A DNA stretch of 55,434 bases. Source: Myxococcota bacterium (GTDB lineage Bacteria > Myxococcota > JACRCW01). Made by a program: the position numbers and the translations under genes. The notes beneath the pieces were generated by a model that saw only the letters and a list, made by a program, of their open reading frames with translations, was not told the origin of the DNA and ran no database searches. This document shows positions 46,445 to 55,434 of this stretch, one piece after another. The stretch is taken from positions 1-55,434 of the forward strand of contig JBFMGU010000035.1 of assembly GCA_040752415.1 (NCBI GenBank). The letters are read 5' to 3'. The first letter of the stretch is position 1. Every line of letters starts with the position of its first letter.

Positions 46445-47604
46445 TGTCCCACGTCAAGACCTGGTCCCGGCGCATCCTCCGCGGGACGCTGGTGTTGCTC
46501 GCGCTGCTCATCGTCGTGGCGGTTGTCGACGGGTGGCGCGCGTTCGGGAAGGCCGCGGATGGCGCGCGTCGTGCGCGGATGGAGCGCTCCCCGCAGTGGA
46601 AGGACGGCGCGTTCGAGAATCCGCAGCCCCTGGCCAATGATCTCCTCGGGTCGCTCACCGGCGCATTCCACGCCAGCCCGCACGTGAGTCCCGTGGAGCC
46701 TCCCAGCACAATCACGCTGGAACCCGGGGCGCTGGAAACGCCGCCGCCTACAGGCCTGCGGGTGACCTGGCTGGGACACGCCGCCATGCTGGTGGAGATC
46801 GACGGACACCGCGTGCTCACCGACCCGGTGTGGAGCGAGCGCGCCTCGCCGCTGACGTGGATTGGCCCGCGTCGCTGGTACACGCCGCGCATTCCCATGG
46901 AGCAGCTTCCGTCGCTGGACGCCGTGGTCATCTCCCACGACCACTACGATCACCTCGACCAGGCCACCATCGAGTCGCTCAATGCGCGCGGCGTGACCTT
47001 CGTGGTGCCGCTGGGGATTGGCGCACACCTGGCGTACTGGGGCGTTCCGGAAGCGCGCATCGTCGAGCTGGATTGGTGGGAGCGCACCAGGGTCCGCGAC
47101 CTGGAGATCGTGTGCACTCCCGCGCGGCACGCCTCTGGTCGTCACGTCTTTGACAAGGACGCCACGTTGTGGGCCGGCTATGCGTTGCTGGGCCGGGAGC
47201 ACCGCGCCTTCTTCTCCGGTGACACCGGGCTGTTCCCCGCCATGCGCGACATTGGCGCGAAGCTGGGTCCCTTCGACGTCACCATGATTGAAACCGGGCA
47301 GTACCACCGCGCGTGGCCGGACTGGCACATTGGTCCGGAGCAGGCCGTGACGGCGCACCAGATGCTGCAAGGGCGCGTGCTGATACCCATGCACTGGGGG
47401 CTCTTCGCGCTGGCCTATCACGGCTGGACCGAGCCCGCGGAGCGCGTGGTGGCGGCGGCCAACCAGTCCTCCATCCGCATCCTGGTGCCCCGGCCCGGCG
47501 AGAGCGTGGAGCCGCAGCGCCCCACGGAGATCCCCCGCTGGTGGCCCGACGTGGCCTGGGAGACGGCCCGCGACCATCCCATTGTCTCCACGCAGGTGTA
47601 CTAA
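46444..47604 (+). CDS. MBL-fold metallohydrolase (RomA/NAPE-PLD-like) with an N-terminal TM helix
   Basis: WLGHA, TDPVWSER, SHDHYDHLD, FSGDTG and PMHWG motifs; TGATG coupling to tetR. Confidence 0.92.
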   Translation: MSHVKTWSRRILRGTLVLLALLIVVAVVDGWRAFGKAADGARRARMERSPQWKDGAFENPQPLANDLLGSLTGAFHASPHVSPVEPPSTITLEPGALETPPPTGLRVTWLGHAAMLVEIDGHRVLTDPVWSERASPLTWIGPRRWYTPRIPMEQLPSLDAVVISHDHYDHLDQATIESLNARGVTFVVPLGIGAHLAYWGVPEARIVELDWWERTRVRDLEIVCTPARHASGRHVFDKDATLWAGYALLGREHRAFFSGDTGLFPAMRDIGAKLGPFDVTMIETGQYHRAWPDWHIGPEQAVTAHQMLQGRVLIPMHWGLFALAYHGWTEPAERVVAAANQSSIRILVPRPGESVEPQRPTEIPRWWPDVAWETARDHPIVSTQVY

Positions 47605-47617
47605 GGGAGGCTAAGCG

Positions 47618-48286
47618 ATGAAGGTCATCCTGTTTGGTGCCACCGGCATGGTGGGGCAGGGCGCGTTGCGGGCGTGCCTGCAGGATCCCGGCGTGACGTC
47701 GGTGCTGGCCGTGGTGCGCAGCCCGCTCGGCCAGACCCATGCCAAGCTGCGGGAGCTCATCCACAAGGACTTCACGGACTATTCCGCCGTCGAGAAGGAG
47801 CTGGCGGGATATGACGCGTGTTTCTACTGCCTGGGTGTCTCGTCGGCGGGAATGAGCGAGGCGGATTACCACCGCGTCACCTACGACTACGCCATGGCCG
47901 CGGCGCAGGTGCTGGTCCGGCTCAATCCAGGCATGACGTTCATCTTCGTGTCCGGCGCGGGCACCGACAGCACCGAGCAGGGGCGCTCCATGTGGGCGCG
48001 CGTGAAGGGGAAGACCGAAAACGCGCTGCTGCGGATGCCCTTCAAGTCCGCCGTCATGTTCCGGCCCGGGTACATCCATCCCGTGGGCGGCGTGGTCTCC
48101 AGGACACCGCTGTACCGCGCGTTCTACGTCGTCACGGGGCCGTTGTTCCCGCTGTGGAAGGCGCTGTTCCCCAGGTTCGTGACCACCAATGCGCACATTG
48201 GTCGCGCCATGATCCGCGTGGCACGGGAGGGCTCACCCCAACGCGTGCTGGAGAGCCACGACATCGACACGCTGGGAGCCGCCTGA
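47618..48286 (+). CDS. NAD(P)-binding epimerase/oxidoreductase
   Basis: GATGMVG Rossmann motif; WARVKGKTEN. Confidence 0.9.
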   Translation: MKVILFGATGMVGQGALRACLQDPGVTSVLAVVRSPLGQTHAKLRELIHKDFTDYSAVEKELAGYDACFYCLGVSSAGMSEADYHRVTYDYAMAAAQVLVRLNPGMTFIFVSGAGTDSTEQGRSMWARVKGKTENALLRMPFKSAVMFRPGYIHPVGGVVSRTPLYRAFYVVTGPLFPLWKALFPRFVTTNAHIGRAMIRVAREGSPQRVLESHDIDTLGAA

Positions 48287-48338
48287 ACCTGCGTCCACGC
48301 TCGCCGCGGGGCGGGTTCCTCCGGTACAAACGCGGTCC

Positions 48339-49769
48339 ATGACCCGACGGAAGCTGGGCGCGCTCGACACGCTGTTCCTCCAACTGGAGTCCCGCGAGAC
48401 GATGATGCACGTGGCGGGGCTGCTGCCGTTCACGCCGCCCCCGGACGCGCCGCCGGATTTCCTGCTCAAACTTGGCCTGGAGCTGCGGGAGGCGCGGCAG
48501 GTGTGCTCGCCGTGGAACCTCAAGCTCAGCTCCCCGGAGCTGCTGCAGAACCCGTTGCAGAGCTGGGTGGAGGACCCGGGTCTCGACGTGGACTACCACG
48601 TGCGTCGCTCCGCGCTCCCCACGCCGGGCGACGAGCGCGAGCTGGGCGTGCTCATCTCCCGCCTGCACAGCCATCCCGTGGACTTCCACCGTCCGCCCTG
48701 GGAGTTCCATCTCATCGAAGGGCTCGAGGGTGGCCGCTTTGCGATGTACGTGAAGGTGCATCACGCATTGGTCGATGGTTTCACCGCGGTGCGCATGCTG
48801 GCGCGCAGCCTGGCCACGGACCCGGGTGATCTCCACAAGCCGCTCTTCTTCTCCATCCCGCAGCCGCCTCGCGTGGGTCGTGAACCCGACGAGACACCGG
48901 CCGACTTCACCACGATGCTCCGGACCCTGCGTGCGGAGGTGGGGTCCTTCAAGAACGTGGGCAGCGCGCTGTTGGACCTGGGGCGGTCCGAGCGCCGCGG
49001 CAAGCACCTCACCTCGCCGTTGCAGGCTCCGCGGTGCATCCTGAATTCCCGCATCGGTCGGAACCGCCGCTTTGCCACGCAGCAGTATGAGCTGGCGCGT
49101 CTCAAGGAGCTGGCCTCGCTCGCGGGTGGCACGCTCAATGACATCATCGTGGCGTTGTGCGCGGGAGGACTGCGCCGCTTCCTGCTGGAGCTGGGCGCCT
49201 TGCCGGAGAAGCCGCTGATTGCGTTCCTCCCGGTGAACCTGCGTCCCAAGGATGACCCGGGAGGCGGCAACGCGGTGGGAGCCATCCTGGCCTCCATGGC
49301 CACCGACATCGAGGATCCTCGTCGACGCCTGGAAACCATCATGGCGTCCACGCAGCGCGCCAAGGAGCAGCTGCACGGGATGTCGCAGGTGGCCATGCTG
49401 GCCTACAGCGCGTTGTTGATGGCGCCGTTCGGGTTGCAGACGCTGCAGGCGCGCACCGGTCTGGCCAAACGTCTGCCCATGAACTTCAACGTGTGCATCT
49501 CGAATGTGCCCGGGCCGCAGGAGCCCCTGTACTTCCGCGGCGCGCGCCTGGACGCCACCTACCCGGTCTCCATCCCCACGCACGGCATGGCGCTCAACAT
49601 CACCTGCCAGAGCTACGCGGGGACGTTGGGTTTTGGTTTCGTGGGTTGTCGGGATTCGGTGCCGCACCTGCAGAAGCTGGCGGTGCACACGGGAGAGGCG
49701 TTGCTGGAGCTGGAGAAGACGCTGCGCCCCGCCCGACGTGCGAGCAAGCGCACCCGACGCAACGCGTGA
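48339..49769 (+). CDS. Wax ester synthase/diacylglycerol acyltransferase (WS/DGAT)
   Basis: MMHVAG, PPWEFHLIEG, catalytic HHALVDG, ISNVPGP and LNITCQSY motifs. Confidence 0.95.
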   Translation: MTRRKLGALDTLFLQLESRETMMHVAGLLPFTPPPDAPPDFLLKLGLELREARQVCSPWNLKLSSPELLQNPLQSWVEDPGLDVDYHVRRSALPTPGDERELGVLISRLHSHPVDFHRPPWEFHLIEGLEGGRFAMYVKVHHALVDGFTAVRMLARSLATDPGDLHKPLFFSIPQPPRVGREPDETPADFTTMLRTLRAEVGSFKNVGSALLDLGRSERRGKHLTSPLQAPRCILNSRIGRNRRFATQQYELARLKELASLAGGTLNDIIVALCAGGLRRFLLELGALPEKPLIAFLPVNLRPKDDPGGGNAVGAILASMATDIEDPRRRLETIMASTQRAKEQLHGMSQVAMLAYSALLMAPFGLQTLQARTGLAKRLPMNFNVCISNVPGPQEPLYFRGARLDATYPVSIPTHGMALNITCQSYAGTLGFGFVGCRDSVPHLQKLAVHTGEALLELEKTLRPARRASKRTRRNA

Positions 49770-49773
49770 CCGT

Positions 49774-51582
49774 TCACGGGCGCAGGCGACAGAGCTGGTG
49801 CGTGCCGGACAGTCCGGCCAACGGCGCCTGGTAGCGGGTGCAGGGAATGCTGGCGGCGGCCCTGGCCACGTCGGGATCGTCGAGCAACGCGGCGGTCAGC
49901 ACCACCTCACCGGCGTCCGCCTGGGCCTGGATGCGCGCGGCCATGTTCACCGTGGTGCCGAAGTAGTCCAGCCAGTCATTCGCGTTCACCGCCACGCACG
50001 GCCCGGCGTGCACGCCGATCTTCACCTGCAACGGGTCGCGCCCCGCGCGGTCCCGGTTCAGCTCGGGCATGCGACGTTGGATCTCCAGCGCCGCGGCCAC
50101 CGCGGAGGCCGGGTCATCAAACGCGCCCATCACGGCGTCACCAATGGTCTTCACCACGCCACCGCCGCGCGCGGCAATGCATTCCCTAAGCAGGTCGAAG
50201 TGGCGGCGCACGTCGCTGTAGGCGGGTCCGTCGCCAAAGCGCTCATAGAACGCGGTGGAGCCCTTGAGGTCGCTGAAGAGGAACGCCAGCTTGCGCACGC
50301 GGATCTGCTCACCCGCCGCCACCGCCGCGCGCGGATAGAGGTCCCGGAACTCCTGCATGGCGGTCACCTGCGCCGCGGTGGCCACGTCGGGGACAAAGCC
50401 CTCCCGCTCCAGGCACACCAGCCGGCGCTCCGCGGCGCGCGAGGTCACCGTGAGGCGAACCGGCCCCGGCGCCAGCGTGAGGTGCGCGGGGGAGGCTCCC
50501 TTCTCATCCAGCGTGACCTCGACGTCACTGGCACCACCCTGCTGCACGCGCACGTGCGCGGAGGTGCGGGTGCGCAGCATGCGGAGCTGGTAGTTGCCCT
50601 CGCCGAGGTGGAGCTCCAGCGGCACCTTCTCGCCGGGCACCAAGGCCACCTGCGCCACCAGGTGCGGCGCGCCCGCGGGACCGGGAATGCAGTACACGGT
50701 GTCGGCGGTGGTGCGCAGGCCGGGCGGCGGTGTGAAGGAGACCTCGACGAGACGATCAAGCTCGAGGGAGAACCCGGCGGCGCACGCGGGGCAGTGCTGC
50801 GCCTCGTGCACCTGGTCCAGCCGCGGGTGCCGCATGCCCACGCCGCGACACGACGGACACAACACGTCAAAGCGCAGCTCCAGCAGGCCCGCGCGGGAGG
50901 CGCGCAGACACACCGCCAACGTGGCGTGCGGGTCCAGGGAATGTTCGCGCGCAAAGGCCAGCGGCCGGACCCGCGCGGCCTCGACGTCGGGCGCCAGGGC
51001 CAGGTGCTCAATGAGCGCATCCCGCGAGGCGGCCTCGGCGGCGTTGCTGGTCAGCCCTTCGGCCAGGCGGCGCGCGCGGCTGACGACGTCGTCGGCGCCT
51101 TGGGGGCGCTCGGGTGGAAACGCCTCCTGGCCCGCGGCAAGGCGCGCGGTGAGTCTCTCCATGGCGCGCTGGATGCCATGGATCTGCCCTTGCGCCATGG
51201 ATTCCAGGTCGGACTGCCTGGCGCCTTCCGCCGGGTCCAGCGTCATGCGCAGCGTCACCCGGCTCCCCGCGTCCGGTGCCGACGCGATCTCGATGCGCAT
51301 GCTGGCCCGCGTCATGGGCGCGCCGCGGAAGTGATTCACCGACGCAAACAGCCTCCCGGGGATCCACTCCAGCGGCTCATATTCCAGCGGCATCTCCACG
51401 CCCGGTCCCATCTGCGCCACCGCCGGGAAACGCGCCACCGGCCCCGTTGACGACGGTGCGCCAAACCGCAGCGGCGGCTGGTCGCCAATGGACTGCACGA
51501 AGCGTGAGGGGTCGGTCAGCAGGGACCACGTGGCATCCGGGGAGACGGGAACGTTGAACGTGCGCTCGAAAACCAGGCTCAT
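49774..51582 (-). CDS. Class III adenylate cyclase with SRPBCC-like and DUF5939-like (Zn-ribbon) domains
   Basis: FSDLKGST, KTIGDAVM, DYFGTTVNMAARI; CPSC...CPAC. Confidence 0.9.
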   Translation of the reverse strand: MSLVFERTFNVPVSPDATWSLLTDPSRFVQSIGDQPPLRFGAPSSTGPVARFPAVAQMGPGVEMPLEYEPLEWIPGRLFASVNHFRGAPMTRASMRIEIASAPDAGSRVTLRMTLDPAEGARQSDLESMAQGQIHGIQRAMERLTARLAAGQEAFPPERPQGADDVVSRARRLAEGLTSNAAEAASRDALIEHLALAPDVEAARVRPLAFAREHSLDPHATLAVCLRASRAGLLELRFDVLCPSCRGVGMRHPRLDQVHEAQHCPACAAGFSLELDRLVEVSFTPPPGLRTTADTVYCIPGPAGAPHLVAQVALVPGEKVPLELHLGEGNYQLRMLRTRTSAHVRVQQGGASDVEVTLDEKGASPAHLTLAPGPVRLTVTSRAAERRLVCLEREGFVPDVATAAQVTAMQEFRDLYPRAAVAAGEQIRVRKLAFLFSDLKGSTAFYERFGDGPAYSDVRRHFDLLRECIAARGGGVVKTIGDAVMGAFDDPASAVAAALEIQRRMPELNRDRAGRDPLQVKIGVHAGPCVAVNANDWLDYFGTTVNMAARIQAQADAGEVVLTAALLDDPDVARAAASIPCTRYQAPLAGLSGTHQLCRLRP

Positions 51583-51728
51583 GGGAACCTCCGAAGCCAG
51601 CGGAGCAGAGCGCACGCGGGTGCGGAACGTCCAGCCCTCCGGCGCCAGGCCGGATCACGGCGGACACACGAACGTGACCGTGGGCATTTTCCCCCGCGAA
51701 AACCCTGGTACCCACGGCCACCACGTTG

Positions 51729-52232
51729 TCAGGACGGCGCGCGCAGCAGGTTGCACTGGGCCTTGCAGCGCAGGTGGTTGAGGCGTCGCGCCAGGGCCTC
51801 ACCCTCGACCTCGTCGAAGCGTGGCGGCAGCTCCAGGGGCGCCCCCTCGCGACGACGCAGGAAGAGCCGCTCGCGCTCCCGCACGTAGTCCGCGTGCAGC
51901 AGGTCATCCCACGTCAGCAGCGCGGTGTTGCTCGCGGCGCGCACCAGCAGTCCGTCGGTGCGGACCACCAGCACGGCATCGTCGTCGAGGCTGCGGCGGA
52001 GCACGTGGAGCAACACCAACGCCGTGAGGAACAACGTGACCGCGAACGTGCCACACACGCTGCGCGCGGATGCGTCCACGCCCTCGAGAAACACCACGCC
52101 CCCCAACCCCGCGCTCATCACCAGCAGCAACGCCGACGCCACAACCACCAGCGCCAGCCGCTCCGCGCGCGCGGTCCGATACCACTCGAGCACGACGGGC
52201 CCCGACGTCCGCCGCTCCACCAAGCCCTGCAT
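51729..52232 (-). CDS. Hypothetical two-TM membrane protein
   Basis: Two hydrophobic helices followed by a small soluble domain. Confidence 0.6.
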   Translation of the reverse strand: MQGLVERRTSGPVVLEWYRTARAERLALVVVASALLLVMSAGLGGVVFLEGVDASARSVCGTFAVTLFLTALVLLHVLRRSLDDDAVLVVRTDGLLVRAASNTALLTWDDLLHADYVRERERLFLRRREGAPLELPPRFDEVEGEALARRLNHLRCKAQCNLLRAPS

Positions 52233-52324
52233 GTTTTCGCGACCTCTGTGTCCGGATCGTACCCGGCACGCCGCGCGCCGCAGCCCCGGGACCCGCCCCC
52301 GCGGTCATTCCAGGTCCGGGGCTC

Positions 52325-52401
52325 CATATCTATGATTCTAGCGATCACGTGTTTGAGTTTCTCAATCATGGGCTTGATTTTTATGATGTCGGCTTTATGC
52401 T
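52325..52401 (+). promoter_or_regulatory. AT-rich promoter/operator of the DUF2089 operon
   Basis: TTGAG-TTT-CTCAA palindrome and TTGATT-N16-TATGCT. Confidence 0.55.
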
Positions 52402-52410
52402 GGCGTGGCC

Positions 52411-52803
52411 ATGCCGGAATCCACCACCCATCCCGCACCCACCCGTTGCCCGGTCTGCGCGGAGGCGCTGCAGGTGACCCGCCTGGAGTGTCCGGATTGT
52501 CATTCGGCGCTCGAGGGACGGTTCACCTTCGGTCGCTGGCGCAATCTCACGCGTGAGCAGTGGGAGTTCATCGAGCAGTTCATTCGTTGTCGCGGCAAGA
52601 TCAAGGACGTCGAGCAGGTGCTCGGGGTCAGCTATCCCACCGTCGTGGCGCGGTTGAATGAGGTGGTGGCGGCCATGGGCTTCGACGCGCCCGCGGCACC
52701 CGGTCCGGACGTTGCCGCACGTCGCCAGCAGGTGCTGGATGAGCTGGCCGCGGGAACCATCACCGCCGCGGAAGCGGCCACGCGCCTGCGCGCGCTCAGC
52801 TGA
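52411..52803 (+). CDS. DUF2089-family Zn-ribbon/HTH protein
   Basis: CPVC...CPDC...GKIKDVEQVLGVSYPTVVARL...GTITAAEA. Confidence 0.92.
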   Translation: MPESTTHPAPTRCPVCAEALQVTRLECPDCHSALEGRFTFGRWRNLTREQWEFIEQFIRCRGKIKDVEQVLGVSYPTVVARLNEVVAAMGFDAPAAPGPDVAARRQQVLDELAAGTITAAEAATRLRALS

Positions 52804-52810
52804 GGAGAGC

Positions 52811-53743
52811 ATGCAACCCGTCGAGGAACACCATCCCTTCGAGACCGCCATGTCCCATGACGACGTTGTCACCTGGCCGCTGAACCTGCCCGCCGGCAAG
52901 ACCCTGGAGTTCCACTCCGACTTCTGCGCCGTCACGCTGCAGGGCATCACCGACGGACGCGAGCCGTGCGTGGTGGCCCACGGTCGCCTGGCGCGGCAGA
53001 TCGAGGTGGTTGTCGAGGACGAGGGCGGCAGCGTGGCGGTGCGCGTGGAGCGGCGTGCCCACGGTCTGCCCGGCTGGGGCTTCTGGGAATGGGGCCCGCA
53101 CATGCACGTGACGCTCTTCCTCCCCGTGGACGTGCGCGCGGAGGTGCACAATGAAGCGGGCCGGGTGCGCGTGCACGGATTGAACGGCTGCGACCTGGAG
53201 CTGTCCACCGAGGCCGGCCACGTCACGCTGCACGACGTGCACGGCAAGCTCACGCTGCACACCAGCGCCGGCAAGCTCGACGGAGACCGCGTGGGTGGCA
53301 CGCTGGAGATCACCACCAACGCGGGCGCGGTGCGCCTGGGCATTGACGCGCTGGATGCGGGTCGCCACCGCGTGCACGCCGACGTGGGAAGCGTGCGCCT
53401 GGACCTGGCGCCGACGGTGGACGCCTACGTGGATGCGCACGCCACCATGGGCGCCATCAAGGTGGATCATCCGTCTCGTCGGGATGCGCCCGCGGTGCTG
53501 GAGGTGTCCACGGAGCTGGGCAGCGTGCGCGTGCGCGGCAACCGGGAGCACCGCGCGGAGCGGCCACGTCGGGCGGAGCGCCGGGAAGGGGAGGCGCGTG
53601 CCGCGGGAGGCGTGAGCAGCGTGGCCGTGCCCGCCTACCAGGACACCGACGCGGAGATGGTGCGCATCCTGCAGATGGTGGAGGCGGGGAAGATCACCGC
53701 GCAGGAGGCGCATGACCTGCTGCGTGCACTGGGACGGGGGTGA
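52811..53743 (+). CDS. DUF4097-like beta-repeat protein with a C-terminal SHOCT-like domain
   Basis: Repeated T-x-AG-x-V/L strands; RILQMVEAGKITAQEAHDLL. Confidence 0.8.
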   Translation: MQPVEEHHPFETAMSHDDVVTWPLNLPAGKTLEFHSDFCAVTLQGITDGREPCVVAHGRLARQIEVVVEDEGGSVAVRVERRAHGLPGWGFWEWGPHMHVTLFLPVDVRAEVHNEAGRVRVHGLNGCDLELSTEAGHVTLHDVHGKLTLHTSAGKLDGDRVGGTLEITTNAGAVRLGIDALDAGRHRVHADVGSVRLDLAPTVDAYVDAHATMGAIKVDHPSRRDAPAVLEVSTELGSVRVRGNREHRAERPRRAERREGEARAAGGVSSVAVPAYQDTDAEMVRILQMVEAGKITAQEAHDLLRALGRG

Positions 53744-53859
53744 GCGCCTCGTCGCGAATGCTGGCGGCACGCGCCAGGCTTGGAGTCCCCGCGCGTTTCC
53801 AGTAGGTGGTGGAGCCTTCCTCGCCGCGGATGACGTGGTGGGGACCGGGGATCGTCGTC

Positions 53860-54927
53860 ATGACCCGTCAGGTGGTGGCGCGCATTCTCCTTGCCATGCT
53901 TGTTGGGGCGGCCTGTGGTGAGCAGCACCGGCCGCTGGACCGCTACTTCCACATCCGGCCGGAGGGCGCGGAGGAGGCGCTGGGCTGGGTGGCGCATCGT
54001 TTCTCGTCGGACTCCGGCGCCGTCTGCTGGGCGGGCGGGGTCTTCAAGGTGTTCTTCCGGGATGCTCCGCCGTGGGCCCCCAACACCGACGAGGCCATGG
54101 TGTTCCTCGACGGAGGCGGAGCCTGCTGGAACGACCTGACCTGCTCGCAAGGCGGCGCGGTGCGCGAGAGCCACCTTCCCTATCCCAGCGGAATCCTCGA
54201 CCTCGACGTCGACGGCGTGCAGCCAGCGCTGGCCGCGCTCCCCACCGTGTTCATCCCCAGCTGTGACGGCAGCCTCTTCGCGGGCGACCACGACGTGGAC
54301 TACCTGCGCGCCGGTCGCGTCCGGCATCACGGCCTGCAGAACCTTTCCGCGGGCATCATGGTGTTGAAGGCGCGGATGCCGGGGCTCAGGCGCATTCTCC
54401 TCGTCGGCATGTCGGCGGGAGGGTATGGCGCGCTGGTGGCGCTGGAGGTGCTTCACCGGGCGTTTCCCGACGCGGAGGTGGTCACCGTGGTGGACTCGGG
54501 TCCCGGCGTGATGAACCCGCTCAACCCGCTGCTGCGTCGTGAGCTGACGGAAGCCTGGCGCATCGACGAGAACATCCCGGAATACTGCACCAACTGCGAC
54601 ATCCACCTGACACCGCTCATGGCGGCGGCGTTCGCGCGGCACCCGTTGCTGGTGCGCGGCGGATTCATCTCCGGGCACTCGGACGTGGTGATGGAGGTGT
54701 TCACCGGGCTTTCACCCGTGGTGTACGGTGGCGTCGTGCGCGACCAGGTTGCGCGGGTGAAGCACGCCCACCCCGGCAGGGTCCACGCCTTCCTGCACGG
54801 CCAGCAGCTCCACGGCGCGCTCATCCGCCCCGAGTTCCACACGCTCGCCATCGACGGCGTGACGCTGGAGCAGTGGGTCCTCCAGGCCTGGCGCGGCGAC
54901 GCGCAGTGGACCAGCCGGATGGAATGA
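53860..54927 (+). CDS. Pectinacetylesterase/Notum-family alpha/beta hydrolase lipoprotein
   Basis: Lipobox GAAC; FLDGGGACW; PSCDG; GMSAGGYG; DSGP. Confidence 0.85.
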   Translation: MTRQVVARILLAMLVGAACGEQHRPLDRYFHIRPEGAEEALGWVAHRFSSDSGAVCWAGGVFKVFFRDAPPWAPNTDEAMVFLDGGGACWNDLTCSQGGAVRESHLPYPSGILDLDVDGVQPALAALPTVFIPSCDGSLFAGDHDVDYLRAGRVRHHGLQNLSAGIMVLKARMPGLRRILLVGMSAGGYGALVALEVLHRAFPDAEVVTVVDSGPGVMNPLNPLLRRELTEAWRIDENIPEYCTNCDIHLTPLMAAAFARHPLLVRGGFISGHSDVVMEVFTGLSPVVYGGVVRDQVARVKHAHPGRVHAFLHGQQLHGALIRPEFHTLAIDGVTLEQWVLQAWRGDAQWTSRME

Positions 54928-54969
54928 CCGCGTTTCACCTCGCGTTGCCTCTGCGCGTCCCCGGCCTGT

Positions 54970-55188
54970 CCCACGTTCATACCGTTCTGCACGCTCGGCC
55001 CCCCTCCCCAGTCTCAATCTTCCGTCGTCACCGGGCCGGGGAAGGTGGGCCCTCGCTTGAGGCCAACGCGATTTGTCGTCGGAAAAGAGGTCAACCGTTG
55101 ACCGATTGCCCCCCTTCCCCGGCTCGGTGACGACGGAAAATCGGTACTGGGGAAGGGGGGCGAGCGTGCAGAACGGCATGAACGTGGG
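54970..55188. repeat. Long imperfect palindrome (arms of about 75 bp)
   Basis: 54970-55045 is the reverse complement of 55113-55188 with scattered mismatches. Confidence 0.85.
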
Positions 55189-55202
55189 GGGTTGGGTGTT
55201 CG

Positions 55203-55434
55203 AGGGCATCGGACCGAATTGGCCCATCTGGTCCTGGCCGCGTCCAGCGGACCACGACCTGGAGTGCGGCGGGCCCTCGCCGCCCTGGTCAGCGTCGAGC
55301 GGTTTGGACAACCGTCAAGGGTCCAAGCGCCTCGCCCGACGTCATTGAGCCCCAGGCCTGTTCGGCCCGTTGTGAACGCGATCGGCGCTGGCCAGGGCGG
55401 CGAGGGCCCGCCGCACTCCAGGTCGTGGTCCGCT
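55203..55434. mobile_element. Palindromic MITE-like element, copy 2 (inverted, cut by the window end)
   Basis: Same arms and core as 32470-32770 in the opposite orientation; the core is about 13 nt shorter. Confidence 0.8.

Overview
GC-rich bacterial DNA that looks myxobacterial (inferred from Cys-rich repeat lipoproteins and a MYXO-CTERM-like protein). The backbone carries nth, a BMP/nucleoside-type ABC transporter, a chemoreceptor (MCP), a TetR-MBL-oxidoreductase-WS/DGAT cluster, a class III cyclase, DUF2089/DUF4097 genes and a pectinacetylesterase-family gene. It is interleaved with large surface lipoproteins, IS remnants (IS91-like, IS5-like) and pseudogenes. The most striking feature is three separate 3-4.4 kb cargo blocks, each bracketed by a direct repeat of the neighbouring gene's 3' end: 91 bp (2515-2605/5697-5787), 95 bp (15494-15588/19963-20057) and 201 bp (41063-41263/45447-45647). 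No integrase or tRNA is visible. This suggests recurrent homology-anchored, Campbell-type cassette acquisition (inference). Other notable items are a 2130-aa lipoprotein with 12 Cys-stapled propeller-like blades, a signal-less YkuD-like putative cell-wall effector, an MCP with an aberrant signalling tip, a roughly 300-bp palindromic MITE-like element in two copies, and a second long palindrome. I saw no rRNA, tRNA or CRISPR array. All family calls come from motif recognition by eye; no database searches were run.
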